Made by a program: the position numbers and the translations under genes. Source: Squalus acanthias (Eukaryota). Taken from it: DNA of 64,000 bases. The notes beneath the pieces are model-generated. The model searched no databases, was not told the DNA's origin, and saw only the letters and a list, made by a program, of their open reading frames with translations. Below are positions 25,096 through 38,032 of the stretch, in pieces (within the stretch, counting starts at the first letter, position 1; every line of letters starts with the position of its first letter). The stretch lies in assembly GCA_030390025.1 (NCBI GenBank), contig CM059433.1:27840001-27904000 (forward strand), read 5' to 3'.

Positions 25096-26147
25096 CTGGG
25101 GTTGGGGGGTGGGTGGAGAGGAAGAAGACAAAAGTCAATCAGATGAACCGAACACAGCTCATTATCCTACCCTAACATAGTTTATCTGGGCTACTGTTTG
25201 AAGACTTTGATTAGAAAATGCGACCCACACTATTATTGGCTGAGGTTTTCCACGTGTGCTCTTGCCAGCAATGTAGCTATAAATCGGGCATTCTAACAAT
25301 GAAACCATTTTTCACACTGCTCTGATTTGAGGGTAATGTCAAAAGCTAATTGATTCGGTATTACTTTCCTGCATTCTCCAACAAAACTCAAGATTAATGG
25401 TCAAGTGTATGAGATTAACAATGTTGGATTGTCTGAAAATCAAAGGCTCAACAATGAAACACAGTAAAATACATTTTAAATGATGGAGGAGAGCAGTCCA
25501 ATAGAGAATTGTTCCTGGTTCATCAATTCATTTTGGTTCGGTGTAAACTTTAGAAATTCAGTATCTCATTTAGGAGGGAGGAAGGAAGGAAATAAATGAA
25601 GATTAGTCTCAACAAACATCTGTGCAACATTCTTCTCTAGAAACACATAGAAGTTACAACACGGAAACAGGCCATTCGGCTCAACCAGTCACATGCGAGT
25701 AAATCGTTCTAATCACATTTATCCACCCTGTTCCCCTATCCCTTCAACCCCTTTCCCTTCATCCACCTCTCCAATCTAATCGTCAACATTGAGACAGTTT
25801 CTGCCTCAATCACTGACCCTGGAAGTGAATTCCACAGCCTCACAACTCCATGTGTGAAGAAGATTCTCCTGCCCTCTGTTCTAAATCTCTTGCATTTACA
25901 GCACAGAAACAGGCCATTCGGCCCAACAGGTCTATGCCGGTGTTTATGCTCCACACGAGCCATATATAGTCTATTCCTCTTAATTGAAAGTCACCTAGTT
26001 GAAACTGTCAGATAATACATTTTTTGTGAGCAAGATATTCTCTCTGTTCTGTTCCATCCTCCCACAACATCAAAACAGCCCTAATCAAAGTACGATTGAC
26101 ATTCTCGGTGTCTATAACTGTGGTGTATTATCCCTCCTTGTTCCCTC

Positions 26148-27828
26148 TGAGGTAGAGAGGTTTAGAGAGGGCGTTCCAGAGCTTAGGGCCTAGGCAGCTG
26201 AAGGCACAGCCACCAATGGTTGAGCGATTATAATCAGGGATGCTCAAGAGGGCAGAATTTGAGGAGCGCAGATATCAGGGAGTTGTGGGTCTGAAGGAGA
26301 TTACAGAGATAGAGAGGGGTGAGGCCATGGAGGGATTTGAAAACAAGGATGAGAATTTTGAAATCGAGGTGTTGCTTAACCAGGAGCCAATGTGGGTCAG
26401 CGAGCACAGGGGTGATGGGTGAACGGAACTTGGTGCGAGTTAGGGCACGGGCAGCCGAGTTTTGGATGACCTCAAGGTTACATAGGGTAGAATGTGGGAG
26501 GCCAGCCAGGAGTGTGTTGGAATAGTCAAGTCTAAAGGTAACAAAGGCATGATTGAGGGTTTCAGCAGCAGATGAGCTGAGGCAGGGGCGAAGACGGGCA
26601 ATGTTACGGAGGTGGAAATAGGTGGTCTTAGTTATACCACAGGTATGCGGTCGGAAGCTCATTTCAGGATCAAATATGACACTAAGATTGCGAACAGTCT
26701 GGTTCAGCCTCAGATAGATGCTAGGGAGAGGGATGGAGTCGGTGGTTAGGGAACGGAGTTTGTGGTGGGGACCGAAGACAATGGCTTCAGTCTTCCCAAT
26801 ATTTAATTGGAGAAAATTTTTGCTCATCCAGTACTGGATGTCGGACAAGCAGTCTGACAATTTAGAGACCGTGGAGGGGTAGAGAGAAGAGGTGCTGAGG
26901 TAGAGCTGGGTGTCGTCAGCATATATGTGGAAACTGACGCCATGTTTTCCGATGATGTCGCCAAGGGGCAGCATGTAGATGATAAATAGGAGGGGGCTAA
27001 GGATAGATCCTTGGGGGACACCAGAGGTAACGATGCAGGAGCGGGAAGAGAAGCCATTGCAGGTGATTCTCTGGCTACGATTAGATAGATAAGAATGGAA
27101 CCAGGCGCGTGCAGTCCCACCCAGCTGGACGATGGTGGAGAAGGATGGAGTGGTCAACCGTGTCAAAGGCTGCAGACAAGTCGAGAAGGACGAGGAGGGA
27201 TAGTTTACCTTTGCCACAGTCACAAAGGATGTCATTTGTGACTTTGATGAGAGCCGTTTCGGTACTGTGGCAGGGGCGGAAACCAGATTGGAGGGATTCA
27301 GACATGGAATTCCGGGAAAGACGGGCACGGATTTGGGAGGCGACAAGAAGTTCAAGGACTTTGAGAGGAAAGGGAGGTTGGAGATGGGGCTGTAGTTTGC
27401 AGGACGGAGGGTTCAAGGATTGGTTTTTTGAGGGGAGGGGTGATGATGGCAGATTTGAAGGAGAGGGGGACAGTACCTGAGGACAGCAAACGGTTAACAA
27501 TGTCAGCTAACACTGGAGCCAGAAAAGGAAGTTGGGTGGTCAGCAGTTTAGTGGGAATAGGGTCGAGGGAGCAGGAACTGGGTCTCATGGACAGGATGAG
27601 CGAGGAGAGGTCAAGAGGGAAGATCGGAGAGAAACTGGAGAAAGATGAGAGTTCAGGGCTAAGGCAGGGGGGAACCTGAGAGGAAGTTTGGCCCGGTGGG
27701 CGAGGGGAAGGAAGGGAAGTGGCAGAGGCAGCTGAACGAATGGTCTCAATCTTAGAGACAAAGTAGTCCATAAGCTCCTCGCACTTGTTGTCAGAGGTGA
27801 GGGTGGAGAAGACAGGGGAGAGGTGTTT
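26148..27828 (-). mobile_element. L2-clade LINE ORF2 fragment (reverse transcriptase), frameshifted
   Basis: [43 protein letters not shown] and IYADDTQLY in ORFs 27352-27771, 27081-27500 and 26234-27355. Confidence 0.95.
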
Positions 27829-27869
27829 AAAAAATCCCTACTTGGCCACGCATCTCTCTATCCCTGTAA

Positions 27870-28197
27870 CCTCATGGAACACTACAGCCTCCCTCCTCTC
27901 TCCATTCTTCGGACTCTGGCCTCTTGTGCACCCCCCACCTCCCTTCACCCCACCATTGGTGGCCGTGCCTTCAGCCGCCTAGGCTCCATGCTCTGGAATT
28001 CCCTCCCTCAACCTCTCCACCACCCTCTTCTCGAAAACCCTCCTTAAAACACACCTCATTGAACAAGCTTTTGGTCACCTCTCCTAATGTCCCCTGGTTT
28101 GGCTCTGCATCTATTTTTTTCTTACACGTCACACACACCTTAGCGGATATTTTCCTACATTAAAGGCATTATATAAAGGCAAGTGGTTGTGGTTGTT
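27870..28197 (+). mobile_element. Diverged L2 3' end
   Basis: IGGRAFSRLGSMLWNSLP and a degenerate (GTT)n tail. Confidence 0.75.
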
Positions 28198-29146
28198 ACT
28201 TATTTTACATTGTTTAATTTAAATTATTCTTTATTTTTGCACATAAAATGACAGGAATTATCAGGATGAAACAGTATGCTCTTTGCTGTCTTCATGGTAA
28301 TGCCGGGGGCAATGTGCTCAAACCTAGTCCTGTATCCACCGAAAGTCCACACGTCGACCTTCCAACAGGAGCCACTGGACAATTGGGAGCAGAAACTCTG
28401 GACTGATTTCTTTTCACCCATCCTACCCCAGGGGACTCCAAGGCCAATTGCAGCACGACATCAGCTAACTCAGGAACAGAAGTCAAACATAGAACCTTCT
28501 GGGCCCGTATGGCTCTGGATCATAGCGAGTGGGCCACTGAATCCATTAAACCACAGAAGGAGATTATTACTAGTTCTGCACGCTTCTTTCAGTTACTGAT
28601 GTGTTGACTGTGGTCATCTCGATAGAAAAGTATTTATATAGGAAACCGGATTCCATATTCACCATTAATCTTTGATCTAAAACCATTTATTGCACCATAA
28701 GCAGCCATTGTGATGACAGTTCTGTTACACATAAGGCAATGCCATCTAGTGGCCTCAGATATCCTGTTAACATAAACAGGGGGTAGCTTATGAATGGAAA
28801 AAAAAAGAAACTTGCAATTATATAGCCCCTTTCATGACCTCATTTATAGAGATATAGATAATTTTTAAACTACACATCATGGCTTTCATCGGTTTTGATT
28901 TCAAACAGAATTTCTTCTCCCCAAATTTCTCCCAGTGCTGGAGAAGCAACGTATGAAACTGCTGTTGTACAAGGGGAGCAGGGAGGTCGTTGCCATCCAG
29001 ATGGCTGCCATGTCTCTCTTCCCCCCCCCACCCTCCCACCGATCATCCCCCAGTGGCTAAAAGTCTGTTGTGCCGATTTACAAGACAAAAAGCGGCAAGT
29101 GTATTCGAAGGATATTTCTCAGTAAAAGGTAGTGTGGAAACCTTAC

Positions 29147-29692
29147 CTTAGAGTGCAGCGATTTATAGCAGTCACTGGCCACCTCCAGTTGGCTCTGTAC
29201 TCGTGCACAAGTCGCAGACGTATCAACGCAAGGCTTGGCATCTTTGCCCAGGTCCAATTTACCACAGGCTTTAGCAGCATCGAGGACTCTTTGCCCCGAG
29301 ATAGTGATGTACCTCAAGTCGCCTTTGTGAGAGATGACGTCTTCAGAAAAGCTTTTCTGCCTTTGCAGCTTGCCAGCAAAAGTGTCTATGTCCGTGGCAC
29401 CAGATCGGAGGTCCTCCAGCTGTTGTTTGGACTGGTGCAACCAGTTTTCAAATTCACTGTAATCAGTGGAAAACTTCTGCAGCTCATCCTGCACGGTCTG
29501 CATCAGTTTCAGTCTGGTTTCAGACTGGGCCAGCGTGGTCTCGTACTGAACCTTCAACTCGTTCAAGTCCTTCTCCAACTTCTCCCGCTCCTCTGCGGAA
29601 ATACTCGGGCCTTGCTTCTGCAGGAAGTCCTGCACCGATTGTGTAGATATAATGTAGGACTGCTGTTGTGACACAACTTGTTGATGATGAAG
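29147..29692 (-). CDS. MACF1: Spectrin-repeat exon, 546 bp, phase 0-0 (LHHQQVVSQQQ...SFSEDVISHKGDLRYITISG...SLHSK)
   Basis: cag acceptor, AAG|GTAAGG donor; hallmark spectraplakin motif SFSEDVISHKGDLR. Confidence 0.95.
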
Positions 29693-30119
29693 CTGTTTTG
29701 AACAAAACCGTATCAGGAACAGTCACCATGTGAATACAAAGGCTTTTTAAAAAAATTACAAATTACATGGCAAAAAAAAAAATCCACATTAAATACTCAA
29801 ATGAAAGAAGAAAGATTGAATTTCATTTATATAACCCTTTAACGTCTCATCCTTCTGACTCTGAGGCAAGCCTGTTACCCATTGAGCCAAGGCTGACACC
29901 AAGTCTGTCTTGTGGGCAGGTACTGGTTTTCAGAAGACTTGCAATGGTAACTGCCTCAGACACATAATGCTTCCAAAATGAAGAACAAGCCTCCATGTTT
30001 ACTTTCGCAGTGTCCACATTAATATCTACATTCGTTCACCTTACATTCAATGCTAGAATAAATGCTTCTAAATTGCATACAATTAACTGCCAAAGAATGC
30101 AAATAACTTCACTCCATAC

Positions 30120-30395
30120 CTTGGCTTTTTGGTACTGTCGGTTCAAATCTCCATCAGTTGTTAGTTCCATCGCTTCATCTCCCTTAGTCTCACTCAGGTC
30201 AGGAGGTAGGTTTCCATTAACTGTATCCTCATTCTCCAGTCTCTTCAATCCATCCACAGAAATCGTGTTGCCATTCTGCTGCGGTGTTTCTTTTCCTTTC
30301 GGTTCAATAGCTGGCTCCTGTCCTATACTGGACAACCAACCCAAGAGTCCTTGGATTTTACTCTCATTTTCCTTTAATTGTTCCACGGCTGCAGC
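30120..30395 (-). CDS. MACF1: Spectrin-repeat exon, 276 bp, phase 0-0 (AAAVEQLKENESKIQGLLGWL...QYQKAK)
   Basis: cag acceptor, AAG|GTATGG donor; within ORF 30036..30386. Confidence 0.9.
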
Positions 30396-30895
30396 CTGTA
30401 ACCAAATTGCAATGAATGACGACCTCCCAGAATGTCAGCACGCACACTTCAAAAACTGCTTTAAAAAACATCAGTCGGAATTTTTCTAGTGCCAAATTAC
30501 ACTTCTGTGCAAATCACACACCGTCCCAACTTGGGACATATATCGCAATTCCTTCATCGTCGCTGGGTCAAAATCCTGGAACTCCCTCCTACCCACACTC
30601 TACAGTGAAAAAGCATCGTCAAGATGCAAGCATGGTGCACAACATCAGTAAACTGCAGTGCAATATTGGTCTATTCAATGACTGTGACATCAACCATCAA
30701 TGTGCTCAAGGTGGGATAGAGCTGTTCCAACCAGGATAAAACTCTGCAAAGACCACTAACTAATATCATTACCTGCACTACATAAAGTTGCTCCCTTGCT
30801 TTTTTGTTGACATTACAGTTAAAGAATAAGTAGCTGCTCCCTGGTGATGCCAGGAAGCACTTCTTCACACAAAGGGTAGTGGAAATCTGGAACTT

Positions 30896-31945
30896 AGAGT
30901 CAGAGTTATACAGCACAGAAAGAGGCCCTTCGGCCCATCGCGTCCGCACCGGCCATCAAGCCCTGTCTATTCTAATCCCATTTTCCAGCACTTGGTCCGT
31001 AGCCTTGTATGCTATGGCGTTTCAAGTGCTCATCTAAATGCTTCTTGAATGTTGTGAGGGTTCCTGCCTCTACCACCCTTTCAGGCAGTGAGTTCCAGAT
31101 TCCAACCACCCTCTGGGTGAAAAAGTTTTTCCTCAAATCCCCTCTAAACCTCTTGCCCCTTACCTTGAAACTATGCCCCCTGGTTATTGACCCCTCTACT
31201 AAGGGGAAAAGTTCCTTTCCTATCTACCCTATCTATGCCCCTCATAATTTTGTACACCTCAATCAGGTCCCCCCTCAGCCTTCTCTGCTCTAAGGAAAAC
31301 AACTCCAGTCTGTCCAGTCTCTCTTCATAGCTGAAGCGCTGCAGCCCAGGTAACATCCTGGTGAATCTCCTCTGCACCCTCTCCAATGCAATCACATCCT
31401 TCCTATAGTGTGGCGACTAGAACTGCACACAGTATTCAGCTGTGGCCTAACTAGCGTTTTGTACAGCTCCATCATAACCTCCCTGCTCTTATATTCTATG
31501 CCTCGGCTAATGAAGGCAAGTATCCCATATGCCTTTTTAACCACATTAGCTACCTGTCCTGCTGCCTTCAGGGATCTATGTACATGCACACCAAGGTCCC
31601 TCTGATCCTCTGTCCTTCCTAGGGTCCTACTATTCCCTTGCCTTGTTAGTCCTCCCAAAATGCATCACCTCACACTTTTCAGGGTTAAATTCCATTTGCC
31701 ACTGTTCTGCCCATCTGACCAACCCGTCTATATCGTCCTGTAGCCTGAGGCTTCCCTCCTCGCTATTTACCACCCCACCAATTTTCATGTCATCTGCGAA
31801 CTTACTGATACCTCCTACATTCATATCTAAATCATTAATGTACACTACAAACAGCAAAGGACCCAGCACCGATCCCTGCGGTACTGGACACAGGCTTCCA
31901 GTCACAAAAACAACCTTCGACCATCACGCTCTGCCTCCTGCCACG
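30896..31945 (-). mobile_element. CR1 LINE 3' portion (RT remnant)
   Basis: [13 protein letters not shown] and ALERVQRRFTRM in ORFs 31630-31905, 31392-31658 and 31171-31395. Confidence 0.92.
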
Positions 31946-32510
31946 AAGACCACACCTGGAGTACTGTGAGCAGTTCTGGGCACCACACCTTAGGCAGGAT
32001 ATATTGGCCCTGGAGGGAGTGCAGTGTAGGTTTACCAGAGTGATACCCGGACTTCAAGGGTTAAGTTATGAGGAGAGATTGCACAAATTAGGGTTGTATT
32101 CCCTAGAATTTAGAAGGTTAAGGGGTGATCTGATCGAAGTTTTCAAGATATTAAGGGGAACAGATAGGGTAGATAGAGAGAAACTATTTCTGCTGGTTGG
32201 GGAGTCTAGGACTAGGGGGCATAGTCTAAAAATTAGAGCCAGACCTTTCAGGAGTGAAATTAGGAAACACTTCTACACACAAAGGGTGGGAGAAGTTTGG
32301 AACTCTCTTCCGCAAATGGCAATTGATGCTAGATCAATTGTTAATTTTAAATCTGAGATTGATAGCTTTTTGTTAACCAGAAGTATTAAGGGATATATAT
32401 CGGCCAAAGGCAGGTAAATGGAGTTAGGTCGCAGATCAGCCATGATCTCATTGAATGGTGGAACAGGCTTGAGGGGCTCAATGGCCTACTCCTGTTTCTA
32501 TGTTCCTAAC
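31946..32510 (+). mobile_element. CR1 LINE 3' portion, different subfamily, abutting the previous copy head to head
   Basis: ORF 32004..32417 with RRLRGDLIEVFK and TRGHSLKI. Confidence 0.9.
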
Positions 32511-32689
32511 AGTATCAGCATTGACCTAAATACACTTGATCTTAAAGCTGTGTTTTACTTTGCAATAAACAAAATGCTTCTGCACATTAAACATGTTGCC
32601 CTTAAGTAATATTTAATTAATCTAAACCATATTTAAAAAAATCAAAGCACTTAATACCAGTGAGGAAACACGCCAATATTTAGAATCCT

Positions 32690-33140
32690 AGAAACTTACA
32701 GCACAGAGGAGGCCATTCGGCCCGTCGTGCCTGTGCCAGCTCTTTGAAAGAGCAGCTGTGCCTAGTCCCACCCCCCCGCTTTTTGTCCATAACCCTGTAA
32801 GTTTCTCATCCTCAAGTACCTGTCAAACTCACTTTTAAAATTATTTATGGAATCAGCTTCCACCACCTTTTCAGGTAGAGCGTTCCAGATCCTGACAACT
32901 CTCAGTGAAAAAATGTCTCTTCATCTCCCCTCGAGATCTTTTGCAAATGATTTTAAATCTAGGACCTCTGGTTATTGACCCACTTGCCAGAGGGAATAAT
33001 TTTATCTCTATCTACTCTATCAAAACTTCTCATCATCTTGAAAACCTCTATTAAGTCACCTCTTAACCTTCTCTGTTCCAAGAAGAACAGTCCTAACTTT
33101 TCCAACCTCTCCTCATAACTGAAGTCGCTCATCCCTGTTA
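32690..33140 (-). mobile_element. CR1 3' fragment
   Basis: cagcacagaggaggccattcggccc 3' UTR motif and LEQRRLRGDLIEVFK on the minus strand. Confidence 0.8.
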
Positions 33141-33261
33141 ATATATTTAACTATGTTCAAATAAAATACAAGTGTTGTCTATAACATTACATTCTATGAC
33201 CAGAGATCTCCATGAGGACAAATTTAGTCACAGTCAGAGGGAAGAAAGAAATCATCTGCAC

Positions 33262-33495
33262 CTTCTCCGTTTCCTGTTTGAGAGCAGTTGTTACAGCATT
33301 GTCCAGATTCTTGAGGTTGGAGTCCACTTGGTCACGCAACACATTGAGCTTCAACTTAGCATCTTTCAGCTTCTGTTCCACTGCTGCTCTTTCTTCTGGT
33401 TGAAGTTTGTCCCTGTTCTGCTCCAGGAACTGTTCAGTTGCACTTACCACATTTGTTAAAGTGGATGCATTAGCTTGGATTTCCCTTTGTAAGGC
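33262..33495 (-). CDS. MACF1: Spectrin-repeat exon, 234 bp, phase 0-0 (ALQREIQANASTL...TALKQETEK)
   Basis: ttttcag acceptor, AAG|GTGCAG donor; conserved AVTTALxQETEK ending. Confidence 0.92.
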
Positions 33496-33654
33496 CTGAA
33501 AAACATGGGATTAAGATACAAGTTAGAACAAGTAATACAATCACGTTCACTTAAATAAAAATCTGATAAAGGAATAATGCCTCAGGCAGAATAAAATCTC
33601 CATGCACAATTCCCTTTTCTCTCTTTTCCATGGATAGCTGTCTGTTAAATGAAA

Positions 33655-35252
33655 GAAGCAAGACTTGTATTTGTAAATCACCTTTCACAACCCCAGGACA
33701 ATAAAATACTTTTGCAGTGTTGTAATGAAGTAGGAAACGCAACAGCTAATTCGCATTGTCCCACAAACAACAATGTGATAATGACCAGCTAATCTGCTTT
33801 TCAGTGATGTTGATTGAGGAATAAATATTGGTCAGGAGAACTCCCCTGTTGTTCTTCCAATAGTGCCATAGGATCTTTTGCATCCGCCCAAGAGGGCAGT
33901 CAGGACCTTGGTTTAACATCTCATCTGAAAGGCGGCACCTCCAACAGTGCAGCACTCCCTCAGTACTGCACTTAGAAACATAGAAGATAGGAGCAGGAGT
34001 AGGCCATTCGGCCCCTCGAGCCTGCTCCGCCATTCGATGAGATCATGGCTGATCATCCAAACTCAGTACCCAGTACCTGCCTTCTCCCCATATCCCTTGA
34101 TACCTTTAGCTTTAAGAAATATATCTAACTCATTCTTGAATATATTTAATGACTTGGCCTCAACTACCTTCTGTGGTAGAGAATTCCACAGGTTCACCAC
34201 TCTCTGGGTGAAGAAATTCCTCCTCATCTCAGTCCTAAATGGCTTACCCCTTATCCTTAGATTATGACCCCTGGTTCTGGACTCTCCGACCATCGGAAAC
34301 ATTCTTCCTGCATCTAGTTTGTCCAGACCTGTCAGAATTTTATATGTTTCGATGAGATCCCCTCTCATTCATCTATACTCCAGCGAGTATAAGCCCAATC
34401 GACCCAATCTCTCCTCATATGTCATTCCTGCCATCCCAGGTATCAGCCTTGTGAATCTTCGCTGAACTCCCTCCATGGCAAGAACATCCTTCCTCAGATA
34501 AGGCGACCAAAACTGCACACAATACTCAAGGTGTGGTCTCACCAAGGCCCTGTACAACTGCAGCAGGACATCCCTGTTCCTATACTCAAACCCTTTCGCT
34601 ATGAAGGCCAACATACCATTTGCTTTCTTCACCGCCTGCTGCACCTGCATGCTTACCTTCAGCGACTGGTGCACAAGGACACCCAGGTCCCGTTGCACTT
34701 CCCCTTCTCCCAATCTATTGCCATTCAGATAATAGTCTGCCTTTCTGTTTTTGACACCAAAGTGGATAACCTCGCATTTATCCACGTTATACTGCATCTG
34801 CCACGCTTCTGCCCACTCACCCAACCTGTTCAAATCATCCTGGAGTTTCTCGGTATCCTCCTCGCAGCACACACTCCCACCCAGCTTTGTGTCATCTGCA
34901 AACTTGGAGATATTACATTTAGTTCCCTTATCTAGATCATGAATGTATATTGTGAATAGCTGGGGTCCAAGGACCGATCCCTGCGGTACCCCACTAGTCA
35001 CTGCTTGCCACTCGGAAAAAGACCCATTAATTCCTACTCTTTGCTTTCTGTCCGCCAACCAGTTCTCTATCCAAGTCAATACCTTGCCCCCAATCCCATG
35101 TGCCTTAACTTTACACGCTAATCTCTTGAGTGTAAGCCTGGATAATGTGTTCAAGTCTCTTGAGTGGGGCTTGAACCCACAACCTTCTGACTCAGAGGTG
35201 AAAGTGCTACCCACTGAGCCACGGCCGACACCTGTGAAATGAATAAAAAATT
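33655..35252 (-). mobile_element. SacSINE1/DeuSINE-like SINE, split into about 33655-33973 and 35128-35252 by a CR1 insertion
   Basis: The halves rejoin as cagtactgcact|gagtgtaagcct; tRNA-like head at about 35170-35230. Confidence 0.8.
33974..35127 (-). mobile_element. Relatively young 5'-truncated CR1 LINE
   Basis: Long open RT frame (ORF 34369..35214: [27 protein letters not shown]) followed by ORF 34063..34368. Confidence 0.95.
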
Positions 35253-36052
35253 GAATTGATTTGCAAAAATCTGGATTTATTCATTTAAGTGCTGCAGTAC
35301 CTCACTAGCACATCAAGTCTCTCCTTGTAGCTCTTCCCTGCAATATGAAGAATCAGCCTCTTCCTTCTCTGGACTGCCTCGATGGACCCTTTATATCATG
35401 GCAACCATAACTACAGTAATCTAAGCGCAGCCTAATCAGGGCAGTGAACAGCGAGCAGCGTGATCAATGCGGATTTGATCTCAACTGGTTTGGGAGTACA
35501 ACCCAGTATTCTACTTGTATTATTACTGCTGGACAGATATGGTGAGTGATGAGTCAACAAACACCAAGGTCTCTTTAAGCTTCTACCTCAGCCAGAGTAC
35601 ATCAGCCTTCTACTTTTACTCAAATATGCAATACCGTGATTTCGTTCGTCTTGATTTTTTTTCATGAATTGACAGTGATTTTGGGCAGTCTCAATCCAGT
35701 TCCCAGTGAGCACGGGACGCAACAAATTGTGTTACATCGCATTTTACAGCATAGAGACAACAGCATGAGAAACAGACCCGAATGAGGCTTCAATTGACTG
35801 CTGGTCGCTGCAGTTGTACGTCATTAACGATGCATTGTGACCACTGGTGCCTGCACTCCCGAAATTCTGGGCGCAACGTGACGAACACCCCCCGCCCCCC
35901 CCAACGGCCGTAATCGCCATGCCGACCAGTTATGTGGGCGGGGACAGATGTTTAAAGTTACGACAGTAAAAAAAAAGTAGACTGGCACTGTAATACACCA
36001 CTTTTCATCCTTCTAACATATTAAAATAGTCCCCACGCACTGTACCACTAAC

Positions 36053-36208
36053 CTGATGTTCCGCCTGATGCTGTTGTAAATCAGCTAAGTCATCACCGGT
36101 AACAGAAGTCCCACCGTTGTAGCCAATTAGTTTATTCTCAGTCACCAGCAACAAATCACGCACTTCCCGCAGTCTCTTATTACACTCCGCTTGCTGTTCT
36201 TCGAAAGC
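36053..36208 (-). CDS. MACF1: Spectrin-repeat exon, 156 bp, phase 0-0 (AFEEQQAECNKRL...QAEHQ)
   Basis: cag acceptor, CAG|GTTAGT donor; within ORF 36005..36268. Confidence 0.88.
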
Positions 36209-37052
36209 CTGTTTTTCCCGGCAAAAACACACCATTTCAGTTATTTTGGTCTCATTTCTCTGTAACACAGTCCTTTCTTCATATATAAAATCCTACACTA
36301 CTGCACCAGTGTATGCTGCAAACATGATAGCAGGTGGCAGACAAGTGAACAAGATGGGTTACGATAAATCGGATTAAACAAAGGATGCATCTCACGAAGG
36401 AGTTAGCTCCGTCAGTGTCGCATCCGCACAGAAGTCATGCAAGGAGGAAGATAACAGCTGCATTTTTATTTGCTTTGGTCAGATGGCCTTAGGCTCCAGG
36501 CTTTTTTCTCTCGAGAGATTGCGAGTGAATAATGCGGCAAGCAGCCATCTGTAAAAAGGTCTACAGAACAGTGTTAGTCACATTGTGCAAAGTCTTTGAA
36601 TTTCAAGCAGTGTTTTAAATAAAAAAACTATTTGAGTGCTCATCAACTTGTTGAATGTTAAATAAATACAGAACCCATGCAGTAGCATGCTGCAAATTAC
36701 TTACAAAATGTGGTAAGATTTCACTCCTAAATAACTATATCGTTTCATCTGAGTAAAGAACAAAAATCACACAAATTCCATTTGCAATATACTTCACACT
36801 TCAAAACTTGAAGCTCGAGAAGATTACGCTGAAGTGCACCTGGTGGGTGGGGGGAGTCACGATCTTCAAAAAGTGGCATCAAACTCCGAAACTATTTACC
36901 TCAGGTGAATCATACCGGAGTTAACCTTTACATGCCAAGTCACATTCGAGATTAAGGTCACCTGACATATTATGGCTAAGAGACACATAAATGTCCTTCT
37001 CAATAGCCTTTGACTGCAATAGGATGCAAGGCGTTGGTTAACACTGGTTAAC

Positions 37053-37190
37053 GTTGGTTCTGATGAAAGGTCATCAACCTGAAACGATAACGGTTTCTCT
37101 CTCTCCACAGATGCTGCCTGACCTGCTGAGTATTTCCTGCATTCTCGCTTTTTGTTTCAGATTTCCAGCGTCCGCAGTATTTTGCTTTTG
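37053..37190 (+). mobile_element. Short Penelope-like repeat fragment flanked by a 15-bp direct duplication
   Basis: ctgatgaaaggtcat...cctgaaacg...acagatgctgcctgacctgctgag; gcgttggttaacact at 37031-37045 and 37190-37204. Family assignment is from memory. Confidence 0.65.
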
Positions 37191-37429
37191 CGTTGGTTAA
37201 CACTTGTTGTGAGCTTCCAATGTTGGCTCCAGGCTAGATCTTTTACACATACAATGACACAGGGGGAGGAGGGATCAGAATTCTATTCTCGTAAACTTGG
37301 TTATCTCTGATCTCAGCTAATAAGCAGCTCTGTGCAGATTGTTGCACTGAGAGTTGTACTGCTCATACGTGCAAGTGAAGAACTGAATTTATGTCTATCG
37401 TTGTTCTGTGAGTCAAATTAGATGACTAT

Positions 37430-37790
37430 ACCATAGACTGATACAGCACAGAAGGAGGCCATTCAGCCCATCGTGCCTGTGCCAGCTCTTTGCAAGAGCT
37501 ATCCAATTAGATTCACTCCCCTGCTCTTTCCCCATAGCCCTGCAAATTTTTTTAGTTTCAAGTTTATATCGAAGTCCCTTTTGAAATTTACTATTGAATC
37601 TGCTTCCACCACCCTTTCAGGCAGTGCATTCCAGATCACAACAACTCACTCCGTAAAAAAATGCTCATCTACCCTTTGGTTCTTTTGCAAATTATCTTAA
37701 ATCTGTGTCCTCTGGTTACCGAACCTCCTGCCAGCAGCAACAATTTCTGCCTATCTACACGATCAAAACCCTTTTTGAATCTATCTACAT
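37430..37790 (-). mobile_element. CR1 3' fragment
   Basis: acagcacagaaggaggccattc 3' UTR motif shared with many copies. Confidence 0.8.
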
Positions 37791-38032
37791 CTATTTGTTT
37801 CTTCAAAAAAAGTTCTAAATTGTTTCCAAGCTGATGAGCTTTTTAACAAATACAAAATTTCTGCTGTAACCTAAAATACAAATATGAGGTCTTTATTGAC
37901 TTCAATATTGGTGGACATTATTGTGTGGCATTTAGATATTTTTGAGGCAACCTATTGAAATGCGTGCTGAAGGGAAGCAGAAACAGGGAAGATGTGGAGG
38001 CACCAGACCCAAGATCAGCACGACTGTCTACA

